64,000 bases of DNA from an uncultured SAR86 cluster bacterium (GTDB lineage Bacteria > Pseudomonadota > Gammaproteobacteria > Magnimaribacterales > D2472), in assembly GCA_902628085.1 (NCBI GenBank), contig CACOLO010000003.1, forward strand, positions 1,476 to 65,475, written 5' to 3'. The position numbers and the translations under genes were made by a program. Shown here piece by piece: positions 29,394 to 43,325 of this stretch (position 1 is its first letter; every line of letters starts with the position of its first letter). Under the pieces are notes generated by a model. The model did no database searches, was not told the origin of the DNA, and saw only the letters and a program-made list of their open reading frames with translations.

Positions 29394-29790
29394 AATCTTA
29401 ATTGTTCATACTTCCTGGTATGAAGAAGACATAACAAAAATGATTGATATCTCTGTTGAAATACTAGAGCAAAAATTTGCATGTGTGAAAGCTAAGGCAC
29501 CTGGAGCTATTGAACTTGCTGCATTGGCTAAAAGCAAGATGCACAAGGAGGGTTATGTTGGAGTTATCTGTCATGGGATTGTTATAAGAGGTGAAACTTC
29601 TCATTATGATCTAGTTACAAATGAAACTTTTAGATCCATAGGATCTTTATCTGAAAACTTTTTTGATATAGCAATAATAAATAATGTCTTATGTGTTGAA
29701 AATACTACTCAGCTATTAGAAAGACTAGAAAAAAATACAAGAAACAACACTAATGCATTAATAAGTTTAATCAATGAAAAATCTTGCTAA
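29386..29790 (+). CDS. ribH: 6,7-dimethyl-8-ribityllumazine synthase (short form)
   Basis: 134 aa. Contains APGAIELA and HGIVIRGETSHYDLV. Located between ribB and nusB. Confidence 0.85.
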   Translation: MNKILIVHTSWYEEDITKMIDISVEILEQKFACVKAKAPGAIELAALAKSKMHKEGYVGVICHGIVIRGETSHYDLVTNETFRSIGSLSENFFDIAIINNVLCVENTTQLLERLEKNTRNNTNALISLINEKSC

Positions 29791-30187
29791 TTTTAAAACT
29801 GCTGTAAGATCTCGAGAGTATTTAATCCAAGCAATTTTTCAGATGCTTTTTGATAATCAAGTTGCTAGCAAAATTATTGTTCAATTCAAAGAGGAGCATA
29901 AATCAAAAAAAGTTGATTTTGAACTTTTTTCAAATTCTTTGCTTTCGATAGAGGAAAATATTAAAAACATTGAATCTATTATTTCTGAATTAGACATAAA
30001 AGACTCGAGTATTGAATTAATAGATAAATCTATCTTATGTTTCGCAATAAATGAAATGCTTTTTGGTGAATTAGATAAACCAGTGGTTATTGATGAGGCT
30101 CTAAGGTTGTCAAAAAAATTCTCTAGTCCAGATTCTTATAAGTTTATAAATGTAAGTTTAGATAAATTTCTGAAATCAATAATCTAA
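29774..30187 (+). CDS. nusB: Transcription antitermination factor NusB
   Basis: 137 aa helical protein in the canonical position after ribH. Sequence conservation is weak, so context drives the call. Confidence 0.75.
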   Translation: MKNLANFKTAVRSREYLIQAIFQMLFDNQVASKIIVQFKEEHKSKKVDFELFSNSLLSIEENIKNIESIISELDIKDSSIELIDKSILCFAINEMLFGELDKPVVIDEALRLSKKFSSPDSYKFINVSLDKFLKSII

Positions 30188-30188
30188 T

Positions 30189-32276
<2,088 letters not shown>

Positions 32277-32293
<17 letters not shown>

Positions 32294-33323
32294 CTTTCTT
32301 TTTGTTTTCTTCCATGATTTTATCTAGTGGTAGATAAAGTAGGTTGTTTCCACCTTCGACATCCACCATAACTTTTGTAGAGTTTGACAATACTGATTGA
32401 AGAGCATCAAGATAAAGTCTGTCTCTAGTTACATCTGGTGCTTTGAGATACTCAGCAAGAAGTTGGTTAAATCTTTCAACTTCACCCTCAGCCTCCGCAA
32501 CAACAGCTTCTTTGTAAGCTTCTGCTTCTTTTATTCTGGCCTGAGCTTGTCCTCGAGCTTCAGGAACAATTGATAGTGCGTATCTTTCCGCTTCATTTTG
32601 TAATCTTTCTTTGTCCTCTCTTGCAGCAACAACATCATCGAATGCATTTTTAACTGCAGCTGGTGGATCTGTTTTTTCAATGTTGACCTGCTGGACAATA
32701 AGACCAGTTTGATAAATATCCAAATATTGTTGAAGTCTTGATTGCACTTCCTGTGCAATGTTTTCTCTTCCAACTGTTAAAGTTTGATCAAGGGTATTAT
32801 CACCAACTACGTGTCTTAATGCACTTTCAATTGCATTACGAAGACTTCCTTCTGGGTCCTTAACATTAAGAACAAAATCTTTTAAGTTAGCAATCCTGTA
32901 TTGAGCTGAAACTGTTACGTCAACTATATTCTCATCTTTAGTCAACATACTATTTGTTTGAGTGTATCTTCTAGTTAAAGAAACATTTTCAATATACCTC
33001 TCGTCGATGCCGGCGAGTCTAAAGTTAAGACCTTCCTCTTGTTCTTCATAGAATTTACCCAATCTTAAAATAACTGCTCTTTCAGAGGCATCTAACTGGT
33101 AGATGCACTGTGATGCATAAACAATCGAAAATGCAAAAAGTGCGTACATTAACATTCTTGAAGATGGGAAATTAAAACCACTTCCTCCATTTCCAGAACC
33201 AGAGCCATTAGTTGATGATTTTTTTCCACCAAGAATAGATGAAAATTTCTTCATCAATTCATCGAAATCTGGAGCATCATTTTTATTGCCCCACGGATCA
33301 TTTTCTTTGTTATCCCAATTCAC
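32277..33323 (-). CDS. hflK: Protease modulator HflK (SPFH/band-7)
   Basis: 348 aa. N-terminus MNWDNKENDPWG..., a Gly/Ser-rich linker, one TM helix, an SPFH domain and a coiled-coil. Confidence 0.9.
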
Positions 33324-33381
33324 TTTTTTACCTCAGTATATCTTAACTATTATAAACGTATGTTGGGTCTTATTATTATAT

Positions 33382-34290
33382 TTAAAGTGAAGATAATGAA
33401 TTTTTAACCTTATTTATAAACGTTTTAATGTCTTCAATATCTACATTTATATAGTCGTCCCAACTTTTCATCCAAGTAAGTTGTCTTTTTGCAAGCTGTC
33501 TTGTCGCATATAGAGCTTTATCAAACAAAATATCTTTAGGATATTTGCCATTAATATATTCAATAGATTGTTTATAGTTAACAGCTTTTCTTATGGGATG
33601 ACCCTCTGCAATCTTGAAATCATTTAAAATATTTTCTGTTTCTTCTATTAAACCTTTATCAATCATTTCATGGAGTCTAGCTTTTATTCTTTCATGTAAT
33701 ATCTCTCTGTCTGTTTTAATGCCAAATTGTATAACCTCATGTTTTTCTTTTATGCCATTAGTTGGATTATTACTAAAAATCTCACTTAATTTTTTTCCTG
33801 AGTTTTTGTATATCTCAAGAGCTCTAATTATTCTTATTTCATCATTATGATCAATATCAACCGCATAATTAGGATCAATTCCCTCAAGCATCTTATATAA
33901 ATAAGAAGTTGATTTATTTTGTTTTAATTCATTAAGCTCTTTCCTATATTCTAGGTCACTCCCAGGTAAGTCATGAATGCCATAAAATAAAGATCTAAAA
34001 TACATCATAGATCCGCCTACAAAAAAAGGTATCTTATTTTTATCATGATGCTCTTTAATTAATGCTTTAGAAAGATTTAAAAAATCTGCGACAGAAAAGA
34101 TATTATTTAGACTCTCAACATCAACCAGATGATGGGGATATTGTTTTAATATTTCTTTTGACGGCTTTGCCGAACCAATATCACATTTTTTATAAACCAT
34201 AACAGAGTCAACGCTGATTATTTCAATTGGAAGATAGTCGTATGTTTTTATTGCAAGATTTGTTTTCCCAGCTGCAGTAGGCCCAAACAA
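33382..34290 (-). CDS. miaA: tRNA dimethylallyltransferase
   Basis: P-loop GPTAAGKT and DSVMVYKKCDIGSAKP. The listed TTG start truncates the conserved beta1 strand. The frame is open upstream to 34335 and encodes ...KKPIIFLFGPT with no ATG, GTG or TTG (see findings). Confidence 0.88.
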   Translation of the reverse strand: MFGPTAAGKTNLAIKTYDYLPIEIISVDSVMVYKKCDIGSAKPSKEILKQYPHHLVDVESLNNIFSVADFLNLSKALIKEHHDKNKIPFFVGGSMMYFRSLFYGIHDLPGSDLEYRKELNELKQNKSTSYLYKMLEGIDPNYAVDIDHNDEIRIIRALEIYKNSGKKLSEIFSNNPTNGIKEKHEVIQFGIKTDREILHERIKARLHEMIDKGLIEETENILNDFKIAEGHPIRKAVNYKQSIEYINGKYPKDILFDKALYATRQLAKRQLTWMKSWDDYINVDIEDIKTFINKVKNSLSSL

Positions 34291-34322
34291 AAAAATTATT
34301 GGTTTTTTTTCTTTAATGTGAA

Positions 34323-35901
<1,579 letters not shown>

Positions 35902-35947
35902 TGCTAATAATCTAAACTAAAAATGTAATAATACAATTATATATTTA

Positions 35948-36820
35948 ATGAATAATTTAATTCTCAAGATTTCAGTTTATTTGTGGAGGACTACATTAAT
36001 ATTTCCTTGGAGGATTCAAATAATATTTGGCAAGCTCCTTGGAAATATACTTTTAATAATTCCCTTCAAGAGAAATAAATTTAGTGAGGCAAATATTGAG
36101 CTTTGTTTTCCTGAACTAAGTGAATCTAAAAAAAATCAAATTCTCAAAAGAAATATTATTTTATCTGGCAGTGTATTATTTAACACAGGGATTTCTTGGT
36201 TTTGGAGTGATGAAAGAATCAATAAAAATATTGAATATGAGATCGGTGGATTAAAAGAAATAATTGAAGATCAAAAAAATAATAAAAGCATTCTTTTATT
36301 TTTTAAGCATTCTCTTCATCTAGAGCTCGATGCAAGAATACTTGGTATGAACTGTGATATTTATGGGATAGAACGAGAACATAACTCAAAAGATTTTAAT
36401 AAACTTCAAATGAAGGGTCGGTTAAAAAGTATGAAAGGTTTAACGGATAGAAACAATACATTTACTTTCATTAAATGGTTAAAAACTGGAAAAACTGTTT
36501 TATATGCGCCTGACCAAGATTATGGAAGTAAAAGATCTAAAGAGGTTGATTTTTTTGGTCATTCTGCAGCAACTGTCATCGCTCCATATAAATTGATTCA
36601 ATCAACCAAATGTAAAACGTACTTCCTCGATAGTTATTTCACTGAAAACAAATTAAATCTTGTTATTGAAAAAGTTTCCTTTAATAAGAACAGTGAACAA
36701 GATTTTTTGCAGGAAATGAACAATTACATTGAAAAAAAAATTAGAGAATATCCTCATGAATATTTATGGCAACATAGAAGATTTAAATCCACTCTTGGAA
36801 AAGATAAGCTTTATAAATGA
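35948..36820 (+). CDS. Lipid A biosynthesis late (lauroyl/myristoyl) acyltransferase, LpxL/LpxM/HtrB family
   Basis: 290 aa with an N-terminal anchor, a FFKHSLHLELDA block (H...E/D catalytic-dyad region) and a YAPDQDYG block. Confidence 0.8.
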   Translation: MNNLILKISVYLWRTTLIFPWRIQIIFGKLLGNILLIIPFKRNKFSEANIELCFPELSESKKNQILKRNIILSGSVLFNTGISWFWSDERINKNIEYEIGGLKEIIEDQKNNKSILLFFKHSLHLELDARILGMNCDIYGIEREHNSKDFNKLQMKGRLKSMKGLTDRNNTFTFIKWLKTGKTVLYAPDQDYGSKRSKEVDFFGHSAATVIAPYKLIQSTKCKTYFLDSYFTENKLNLVIEKVSFNKNSEQDFLQEMNNYIEKKIREYPHEYLWQHRRFKSTLGKDKLYK

Positions 36821-37419
36821 ATTTAGAAGCATTAGAAGAAGTAAAAGGTTTTATGCCCTACCACGAAGGTGAAGCATTGTCTAAATGGGCTGAGGAATTT
36901 TCAAACAAAGGTCCAATTATGGAGATCGGAACTTATTGTGGTAAATCTTCACTCTTTCTCTCTTATGGAGCAAATAAAAATAATCAACTTGTTTTTACCG
37001 TTGATCATCATAATGGGTCTGAAGAGCATCAAATTGATGAAGAATATTTTGATAACGAAATATATGATACTGAAACAAACTCAGTAAATTCATTTCCACT
37101 TTTTGTTAAGAATATAAACCGATTTAGAGCATCAAATGTAGTACCGATAGTTAGAAGCTCTGTAGATGCTGCTAAGACTTGGAATACATATCTTGGAATG
37201 GTTTTCATCGATGGTGGTCATGCTTTGGAAACTGCTATGCAAGACTTTAATTCTTGGAACGAAAAAATTATTTCTGGTGGAGCATTAGTCATACATGACA
37301 TTTTTGAAAAGCCAGAAGATGGAGGACAAGCTCCATTCATAGTTTATCAGCATGCTCTTAAAAATGGCTTTAGTGATTTTGAAAGAGTAGATACAATAAT
37401 TTGCCTAAAGAAATCATAG
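36817..37419 (+). CDS. Class I SAM-dependent methyltransferase (Methyltransf_24-like)
   Basis: Contains IMEIGTYCGKSSLFL and VFIDGGHALETAMQDF...GGALVIHDI. Confidence 0.75.
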   Translation: MNLEALEEVKGFMPYHEGEALSKWAEEFSNKGPIMEIGTYCGKSSLFLSYGANKNNQLVFTVDHHNGSEEHQIDEEYFDNEIYDTETNSVNSFPLFVKNINRFRASNVVPIVRSSVDAAKTWNTYLGMVFIDGGHALETAMQDFNSWNEKIISGGALVIHDIFEKPEDGGQAPFIVYQHALKNGFSDFERVDTIICLKKS

Positions 37420-38463
37420 TTGACTCCTTGTAAAAATATCTGAACCATCTGAAAAATCATAAATGCTATCAGCAGCAATAATTAAAGCTGCTGATGTCCA
37501 GGTTGGTTTCTCGTTGGGCCAAAAAAAATTTTCTTCAAATTGCCAGCCCATGAATGGTATATTCTTTTTGTCTGAAATATTTAATACTTCGATTAATATT
37601 TTTTTTGCTTTAGAAATATTGCCTGACATTATTAAAGCAATAATAAATTCACATGTCTCAGCTACAGTTATCCAAGGTTCCTCTCTCACACACTTTACAC
37701 CTAATCCTTCTATATAGAACTCTTTAAAAATCTTTTCTATATAAACTTCTTTTTCAGGTTCTGTGAGGCATCCGGACAAAATTGGATAATAAGAATCCAT
37801 TGAGAATCTTGATCTATCAATAGTAATGTCAAATAATCCTTTTGGATTTCTTATGGCTGAACTTAATCGGTTATATGCCGTTAACCAATTTTTATTTACT
37901 TCAAAATTTAAAATTTTTGATAGGGCAATTCCACATTCAATGCTCTTTAAAATTGAAGATGAGCCTGTAAGCAAGAAATCATTTTCTATTTTGCCTTTTT
38001 TATCTATAGACCATGGAATTATTCCAGTTGCATTTTGTAGATTTAACGAAAAATTAATAGAAGATTGAATTGTTGGCCATAGCTCTTTTATCTTTTCTTT
38101 ATCTTTAAAAATTTTATAGTAGTGAAGTGCTGCTACTGCTATGTAAGGAGCAAAGTGAGTAGGTTTATGATGCTCAATTGGTGTAATATCATCATATTTA
38201 GCATACCAGCTACCATCTTCATTTTGATTTTCTTTTAGCCAATTAAAGGCTTTTTCTGATGAATCTTTATCCTCTAAAAAATTTAAACCCATGATTGACT
38301 CAATATGATCCCATGGGTCATGGCTTAAATCTTCATTAGATGGTATTGCTCCAGATACAAGTTGATTTTGTCTTATAAAATTTGCAATGTCTAAAAACAA
38401 ATCTTTATCTATAGAAATTTCATTTGAAAACTTTTGAGCAGGTAAATGCATTCTACTTTTCAA
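37414..38463 (-). CDS. (alpha/alpha)6-barrel protein with prenyltransferase/terpene-cyclase-like repeats; function unknown
   Basis: 349 aa. Repeat-like motifs QLVSGAIPS and NQNEDGSWY (compare Q..DGGW), with periodic aromatic-rich helices. I recognise no catalytic motif. Confidence 0.55.
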   Translation of the reverse strand: MKSRMHLPAQKFSNEISIDKDLFLDIANFIRQNQLVSGAIPSNEDLSHDPWDHIESIMGLNFLEDKDSSEKAFNWLKENQNEDGSWYAKYDDITPIEHHKPTHFAPYIAVAALHYYKIFKDKEKIKELWPTIQSSINFSLNLQNATGIIPWSIDKKGKIENDFLLTGSSSILKSIECGIALSKILNFEVNKNWLTAYNRLSSAIRNPKGLFDITIDRSRFSMDSYYPILSGCLTEPEKEVYIEKIFKEFYIEGLGVKCVREEPWITVAETCEFIIALIMSGNISKAKKILIEVLNISDKKNIPFMGWQFEENFFWPNEKPTWTSAALIIAADSIYDFSDGSDIFTRSQL

Positions 38464-39154
38464 AATACATTGAAAAACTTTTTCCCATTATTGGATTCAA
38501 TATCTTATCAATATAATCAAGCAGAAAAGGTTTTTTAAGAATATGTCTTTCAAGAATTTTTTTGTAGATTTTTACTAAAAAGTTTTTGTCTTGAGTATTC
38601 CAAAAAAAGCATCTGAGCCACCAATATGGGGAATGAATTGAATGAAATTTTTCAGACGAAAGAAATATAAAGCCTCTTTCTTTAATTTCATTAACTAAAT
38701 CGTTTTGATTAAATATTCGTAAATGTCCACCTGGTTGATTTTGATATTCTTTAGACAGTGACCAACAAATTCTTTCTGGCCAAGACGCAGGAACGCTTGC
38801 GTAAAATTTGCCGCCTTTTTTGAGTACTCTTTTAATTTCATCTACTGCGTCCATGTAGTTGTGGAGATGCTCAAGAACCTCAGAGCATACGACTAAATCA
38901 AAAGTTTCATCTGGAAAAGGAAGTGAATAAGCTGAAGCTTCCATAAATTCAGCTCCAGCATTGGATATTGAATGGAAATACTCATAGCCTTCTTCAGCTT
39001 TTTTAAGGGAATCATCATGAGGATCAATACCTATACATTTCATGTTTGGATATTGTTGCATTACTCCAAATATATGTCTGCCCTCTCCGCAACCAACATC
39101 TAGCATCAAACCTTCGCTAGCGATTTCGTATTTTGTAAAGTTAAAAGTTAACAT
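38453..39154 (-). CDS. Class I SAM-dependent methyltransferase (Methyltransf_11-like)
   Basis: Contains LDVGCGEGRH, FDLVVCSEVLEHL and LKKGGKF. Confidence 0.8.
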   Translation of the reverse strand: MLTFNFTKYEIASEGLMLDVGCGEGRHIFGVMQQYPNMKCIGIDPHDDSLKKAEEGYEYFHSISNAGAEFMEASAYSLPFPDETFDLVVCSEVLEHLHNYMDAVDEIKRVLKKGGKFYASVPASWPERICWSLSKEYQNQPGGHLRIFNQNDLVNEIKERGFIFLSSEKFHSIHSPYWWLRCFFWNTQDKNFLVKIYKKILERHILKKPFLLDYIDKILNPIMGKSFSMYFEK

Positions 39155-40394
39155 TTTTATAATTTTGAATGGTTCTAAGAATTACCTCTTCATATTGTCT
39201 TGTGATTTTGGGCCAATTGAACTTATCAATTATATGCTGTCTTCCATTTTCAGCAATCACTTTATAATTCTCATAATCTGATAATATTTCTATTACAGCA
39301 TCAGAAATTTGCTTTGAATCTTTAGGTTTGATTAACTTAGCGAAATCTCCAACTAGTTCAGGTATTGATGATACGTCTGTAGCAATTAGGGGAACTTCAC
39401 AACTCATCGCTTCAATTACTGGATATCCAAAGCCCTCATACAAAGAGGAAACAATTGCGATTGAGCTAGATGAATATAATTCACATATTTTTGCTTTTGA
39501 AATATTTTTTTTAAAGAAAATATTTTCTTTAATGCCTAATTCTTCAATCAATCTTTCAGAATGCCCACCTTTTTTAACATCACCAATTACAATTAAGTGA
39601 ATATCTGGATATTTTTCTTTTAATATCTTTATAGCCTTCAAAGAGTAATCAAGTCCTTTCAGTGGAACATCAGCACTTGCTGTAGTAATCAATCTATTTT
39701 TGTTTCTTTTTGACACTGGTATCGGAGAAAATTCATTAGTATCAAGTCCATTATTTATGACTGATATTTTATTTTTATTACATTTAAATTCTTTTATGAT
39801 TCCATTTTTTGAACTTTTCGAGACTGTAACTATTGTCTCTAATTTAGGTGCTACTTTTATTTGCATTTTAAGGAATCTATACCACAAATGTCTGGAAATC
39901 TTGTATCTAATTTTATTGGAGGCAGCTAACTCAAATTTATAATCAAATGTTATTGGATGATGAATAATTTCTATAAGAGGAAATCTTTTTTGAATGTTTA
40001 ATAATCCATAACTTAGGGACTGATTGTCTATAATGACATCATAGTCGATATTATGCCTGAGATATTTATCAACCCTATTTCCAAATGTTTTTGGTTCGGG
40101 AAATCCTCCGATGAGTGTTATAAAGAATTCATAAAAATCATCCTTATTTTTATTCTTCTTTTTAAAAAACTTTCTTAATCTATCTTTGAATACAAAGGAT
40201 TCAAATAAATCTAGTCCTGGAAGTTTGATTAATTTTACATTGTCATGAAGATTAGGATATGGAGGTCCAGAGATAACATCCACATCATGACCTAAAAGAC
40301 TTAATGCAAAAGATATGTCTCTTACATAGACTCCTTGGCCGCCTCCATATTTGGCACTCCTATAACTTAGTATTGCTATTCGTAATTTTTGCAA
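39141..40394 (-). CDS. GT4-family glycosyltransferase
   Basis: 417 aa. N-terminus RIAILSYRSAKYGGGQGVYV and a C-terminal EGFGYPVIEAMSCEVPLIAT (E-x7-E region). Confidence 0.85.
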   Translation of the reverse strand: MQKLRIAILSYRSAKYGGGQGVYVRDISFALSLLGHDVDVISGPPYPNLHDNVKLIKLPGLDLFESFVFKDRLRKFFKKKNKNKDDFYEFFITLIGGFPEPKTFGNRVDKYLRHNIDYDVIIDNQSLSYGLLNIQKRFPLIEIIHHPITFDYKFELAASNKIRYKISRHLWYRFLKMQIKVAPKLETIVTVSKSSKNGIIKEFKCNKNKISVINNGLDTNEFSPIPVSKRNKNRLITTASADVPLKGLDYSLKAIKILKEKYPDIHLIVIGDVKKGGHSERLIEELGIKENIFFKKNISKAKICELYSSSSIAIVSSLYEGFGYPVIEAMSCEVPLIATDVSSIPELVGDFAKLIKPKDSKQISDAVIEILSDYENYKVIAENGRQHIIDKFNWPKITRQYEEVILRTIQNYKNVNF

Positions 40395-40400
40395 AAGTAA

Positions 40401-41321
40401 TTATTTAGTATATGTAAGCCAGCTTTGATAGTTCAAGTCTTTACCAGAAATAACTTCGTCAAATTTATTTTGAAGAACTTTAGTAATTTCACCAGCTCCA
40501 TCATGACCAATTTTTACATCATCTACTTTGCTAATTGGTGTAATTTCAACAGCTGTTCCAGTAAAAAAAGCTTCATCGGCAGAAATTAAATCATCAAAAG
40601 TTAAATTTTTCTCAATAACATCATAATTCAGGTCTTTTGCTATCTGAATTACAGACTGTCTTGTAATTCCATTAAGACAATGATCTTTTGTTGGTGTCAT
40701 TAACTTAAGGTCTTTTACTATAAAAATATTTTCTCCACTTCCTTCGGAGATAAATCCATTAGCATCCATCATCAATGCTTCATCAGCGCCCTTATCTATT
40801 GCTTCATGAAGAGCCATTGTGTTTTGAAAATAGGTGCCAATAATTTTGTTACCTGAATGCAATGGATTCTCATATTGAACATATGAAGATTTTGCAATTG
40901 AAATACCTTTCTTCTTTGCTTCAGGATCCATATATGATGGCCACTCCCATGCAGCTATTGCTACATTTACACTTAGCTCTTTTGCTCTTAAGCCAAGACC
41001 TTCGTTCCCAAGATAAATAATTGGTCTTATATAGCCAGCATTTAATTGATTTTTATTGAGAGTTTCACATTGAGCATGAATAATTTCGTCAAGTTCATAG
41101 GGTACTTCTATATTTATTTTTTTTGCGGCATCAAAGAGTCTATTAGTATGTTCTTTTAGCCTAAAAATAGCTGGTCCATTTAGAGTATCATAAGCTCTTA
41201 CACCCTCAAAAACTCCAGTTCCATAGTGTAAAGTGTGTGACAAAATATGGACGTTGGTATCATCCCATTTTTGAAATGACCCATTTTTCCATATTAATTT
41301 GTTTTCAGTATTTATAAACAC
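40401..41321 (-). CDS. ilvE: Branched-chain-amino-acid aminotransferase
   Basis: 306 aa with a fold-type IV PLP enzyme pattern (HYGTGVFEGVRAY, EGSGENIF, TGTAVEITPI). Confidence 0.9.
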   Translation of the reverse strand: MFINTENKLIWKNGSFQKWDDTNVHILSHTLHYGTGVFEGVRAYDTLNGPAIFRLKEHTNRLFDAAKKINIEVPYELDEIIHAQCETLNKNQLNAGYIRPIIYLGNEGLGLRAKELSVNVAIAAWEWPSYMDPEAKKKGISIAKSSYVQYENPLHSGNKIIGTYFQNTMALHEAIDKGADEALMMDANGFISEGSGENIFIVKDLKLMTPTKDHCLNGITRQSVIQIAKDLNYDVIEKNLTFDDLISADEAFFTGTAVEITPISKVDDVKIGHDGAGEITKVLQNKFDEVISGKDLNYQSWLTYTK

Positions 41322-41388
41322 TTTTCAAGTTATAATTTAGAGTGATTATTATTGTATTGCAAAATCAGTCATATAAATAAAGAAAAAT

Positions 41389-42753
41389 ATGGAAATTACA
41401 AAATCAATATTTAGAGAATATGACATAAGAGGTGAATATCCCAATCAAATTAATGAAAAAGTCGTAAGAAAGATTGGTAATGCAATTGCTGGAAAGTGTA
41501 TTAATTTAAATATTAAAGAAATTTGCGTCGGTAGAGATGGCCGAAATTCTGGTAAGTCTCTGCTTGAGGCAATGATTGGTGGTCTATCTGAAAGTGGTAT
41601 TGAAGTCGTCAATATTGATTTAGCTACATCACCGCTTCTCTACTATGCAGCAAAAAAAAATAAATATAAAAGTGGGATTATGATTACTGGAAGTCATAAT
41701 CCAAAAAATCATAATGGAATTAAGCTTGTTATTGATGATAAACCTGTCTCAGGAAATGAAATTCTAGATTTACTTAACAAAGATCAAAAGTTTTCGGAAT
41801 CAGTAGGTTCAATAAAATCACTAAATGTAAAAGATAGTTATATCGAAGAGGTTTCTCAAAGCTTAAAAATTAATAAAAAATTAAAAATAGTTATAGATTG
41901 CGGCAATGGAGCTGCTGGATTTATTGCGCCAGATTTATATAAAAACTTAGGCTGTGAAGTAATAGAACTATATTCTGAGGTGGATGGTAATTTTCCTAAT
42001 CATCATCCAGATCCAGGCAAAGTAGAAAATCTAAAAGATCTAATTCAAGCAGTTAAGACTCATGGTGCAGATCTTGGACTAGCCTTTGATGGAGATGGGG
42101 ACAGAGTTGGCATGGTTACTAACAATGGTGAAATAGTCTTTCCAGACAAAATATTAATGATGCTAAGCAAAGATGTGCTCCATTCACAAAAAGGATCAAT
42201 TATATTTGATGTGAAATGCTCAAATGCACTTAGTCAAATTATCAAAGAAAATGGTGGTTCGCCAATAATGTCTCCCACAGGTCACTTTCATATTAAAAAT
42301 GGTATTAAAGAACATAATCCTTTGTTAGCTGGAGAAATGAGTGGACATATTTTCTTTAATGATAAATGGTATGGATTTGATGATGGTCATTACTCAGGTG
42401 CTAGAATTATTGAAATGCTTTCAAAAAATGAAAAAAGTATAACTGAAATTTGTAATGAATTACCCATGCTTTTCTCAACTCCAGAGCTCAACATAAATGT
42501 TACAGATGAAAATAAATTCAAAATAATTAAAGAGTTCGCTGATAACTGTAGATTAGAAGGTAAAAAAAATACAATCGATGGGCTCCGATTAGACTTTGAG
42601 GATGGATGGGGTTTGATAAGAGCATCGAATACTACTCCAAAGCTTGTATTGAGATTTGAAGGTAGATCTGAAGAAATTCTGAATAGAATCCAAAATGACT
42701 TTTTAAATGAACTGACTCGCATTTGTCCCGATATTGATATAAATTTGTCCTAA
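41389..42753 (+). CDS. Phosphomannomutase/phosphoglucomutase (AlgC/ManB type)
   Basis: Active-site loop ITGSHNPKNHNG, metal loop FDGDGDRVG and GEMSGHIFF. Confidence 0.9.
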   Translation: MEITKSIFREYDIRGEYPNQINEKVVRKIGNAIAGKCINLNIKEICVGRDGRNSGKSLLEAMIGGLSESGIEVVNIDLATSPLLYYAAKKNKYKSGIMITGSHNPKNHNGIKLVIDDKPVSGNEILDLLNKDQKFSESVGSIKSLNVKDSYIEEVSQSLKINKKLKIVIDCGNGAAGFIAPDLYKNLGCEVIELYSEVDGNFPNHHPDPGKVENLKDLIQAVKTHGADLGLAFDGDGDRVGMVTNNGEIVFPDKILMMLSKDVLHSQKGSIIFDVKCSNALSQIIKENGGSPIMSPTGHFHIKNGIKEHNPLLAGEMSGHIFFNDKWYGFDDGHYSGARIIEMLSKNEKSITEICNELPMLFSTPELNINVTDENKFKIIKEFADNCRLEGKKNTIDGLRLDFEDGWGLIRASNTTPKLVLRFEGRSEEILNRIQNDFLNELTRICPDIDINLS

Positions 42754-42755
42754 GG

Positions 42756-43325
42756 ATGAAAAAAGACAGAAAAAATATAATTTTGGAATCTTTAGCTTCA
42801 ATGCTTGAAGAAAGAAACATGTCAAAAGTTACTACTGCTCTTCTAGCCGAGAAATCTGGAATCACAGAAGCAGCACTTTACAGGCATTTTCCTAGCAAAC
42901 GAGCGATATATGCAGAGTTGTTTTCGTTTTGTGATAATGCAATTTTTTCAAAATGTAATGAGTTAAAAAAAGAAAAATTATCCTCAAAAGATAAAATTAA
43001 GAATTCTTTTCTATTTTTTATGATTTTTGTTGAGAAGAATAAAGGTTTTGCTAGGCTCTTATCTCGTGAGGCTTTATCGTCTGATGAGCAAAATGTTTCA
43101 GATAACGTCAATCAATTTTATGAGAGGCTTGAGCTATTTTTCAGACAAGTTTTAAAAGAAGATTCTGATAATTTGGTAACTCAACCTGGTGTCTCAGCAC
43201 AGTTAATTGTTACAGCGCTCGAAGGAAATGTATCAAGATACATAAGATCAAAATTTAAAGATGCTCCATCTTCATACATTGAAAATATTTGGCAATTGTT
43301 AGCTATAACTATTTTTAAAAATTAA
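42756..43325 (+). CDS. slmA: Nucleoid occlusion factor SlmA (TetR family)
   Basis: RKNIILESLASMLEE...VTTALLAEKSGITEAALYRHFPSK closely follows the E. coli SlmA N-terminal HTH region as I remember it. Confidence 0.8.
   Translation: MKKDRKNIILESLASMLEERNMSKVTTALLAEKSGITEAALYRHFPSKRAIYAELFSFCDNAIFSKCNELKKEKLSSKDKIKNSFLFFMIFVEKNKGFARLLSREALSSDEQNVSDNVNQFYERLELFFRQVLKEDSDNLVTQPGVSAQLIVTALEGNVSRYIRSKFKDAPSSYIENIWQLLAITIFKN

Noticed and set aside
34303-34311. Run of eight A residues (minus strand GAAAAAAAACC) upstream of the miaA TTG, considered as a frameshift or sequencing-error site that could supply an upstream ATG
   Set aside because: The other two frames hit stops immediately upstream: the glnB frame ends at TAA, and the third frame reads MKMPFNSH-stop. 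A +/-1 shift would therefore not connect to a usable start. Near-cognate ATT initiation or a point substitution explains the data better.
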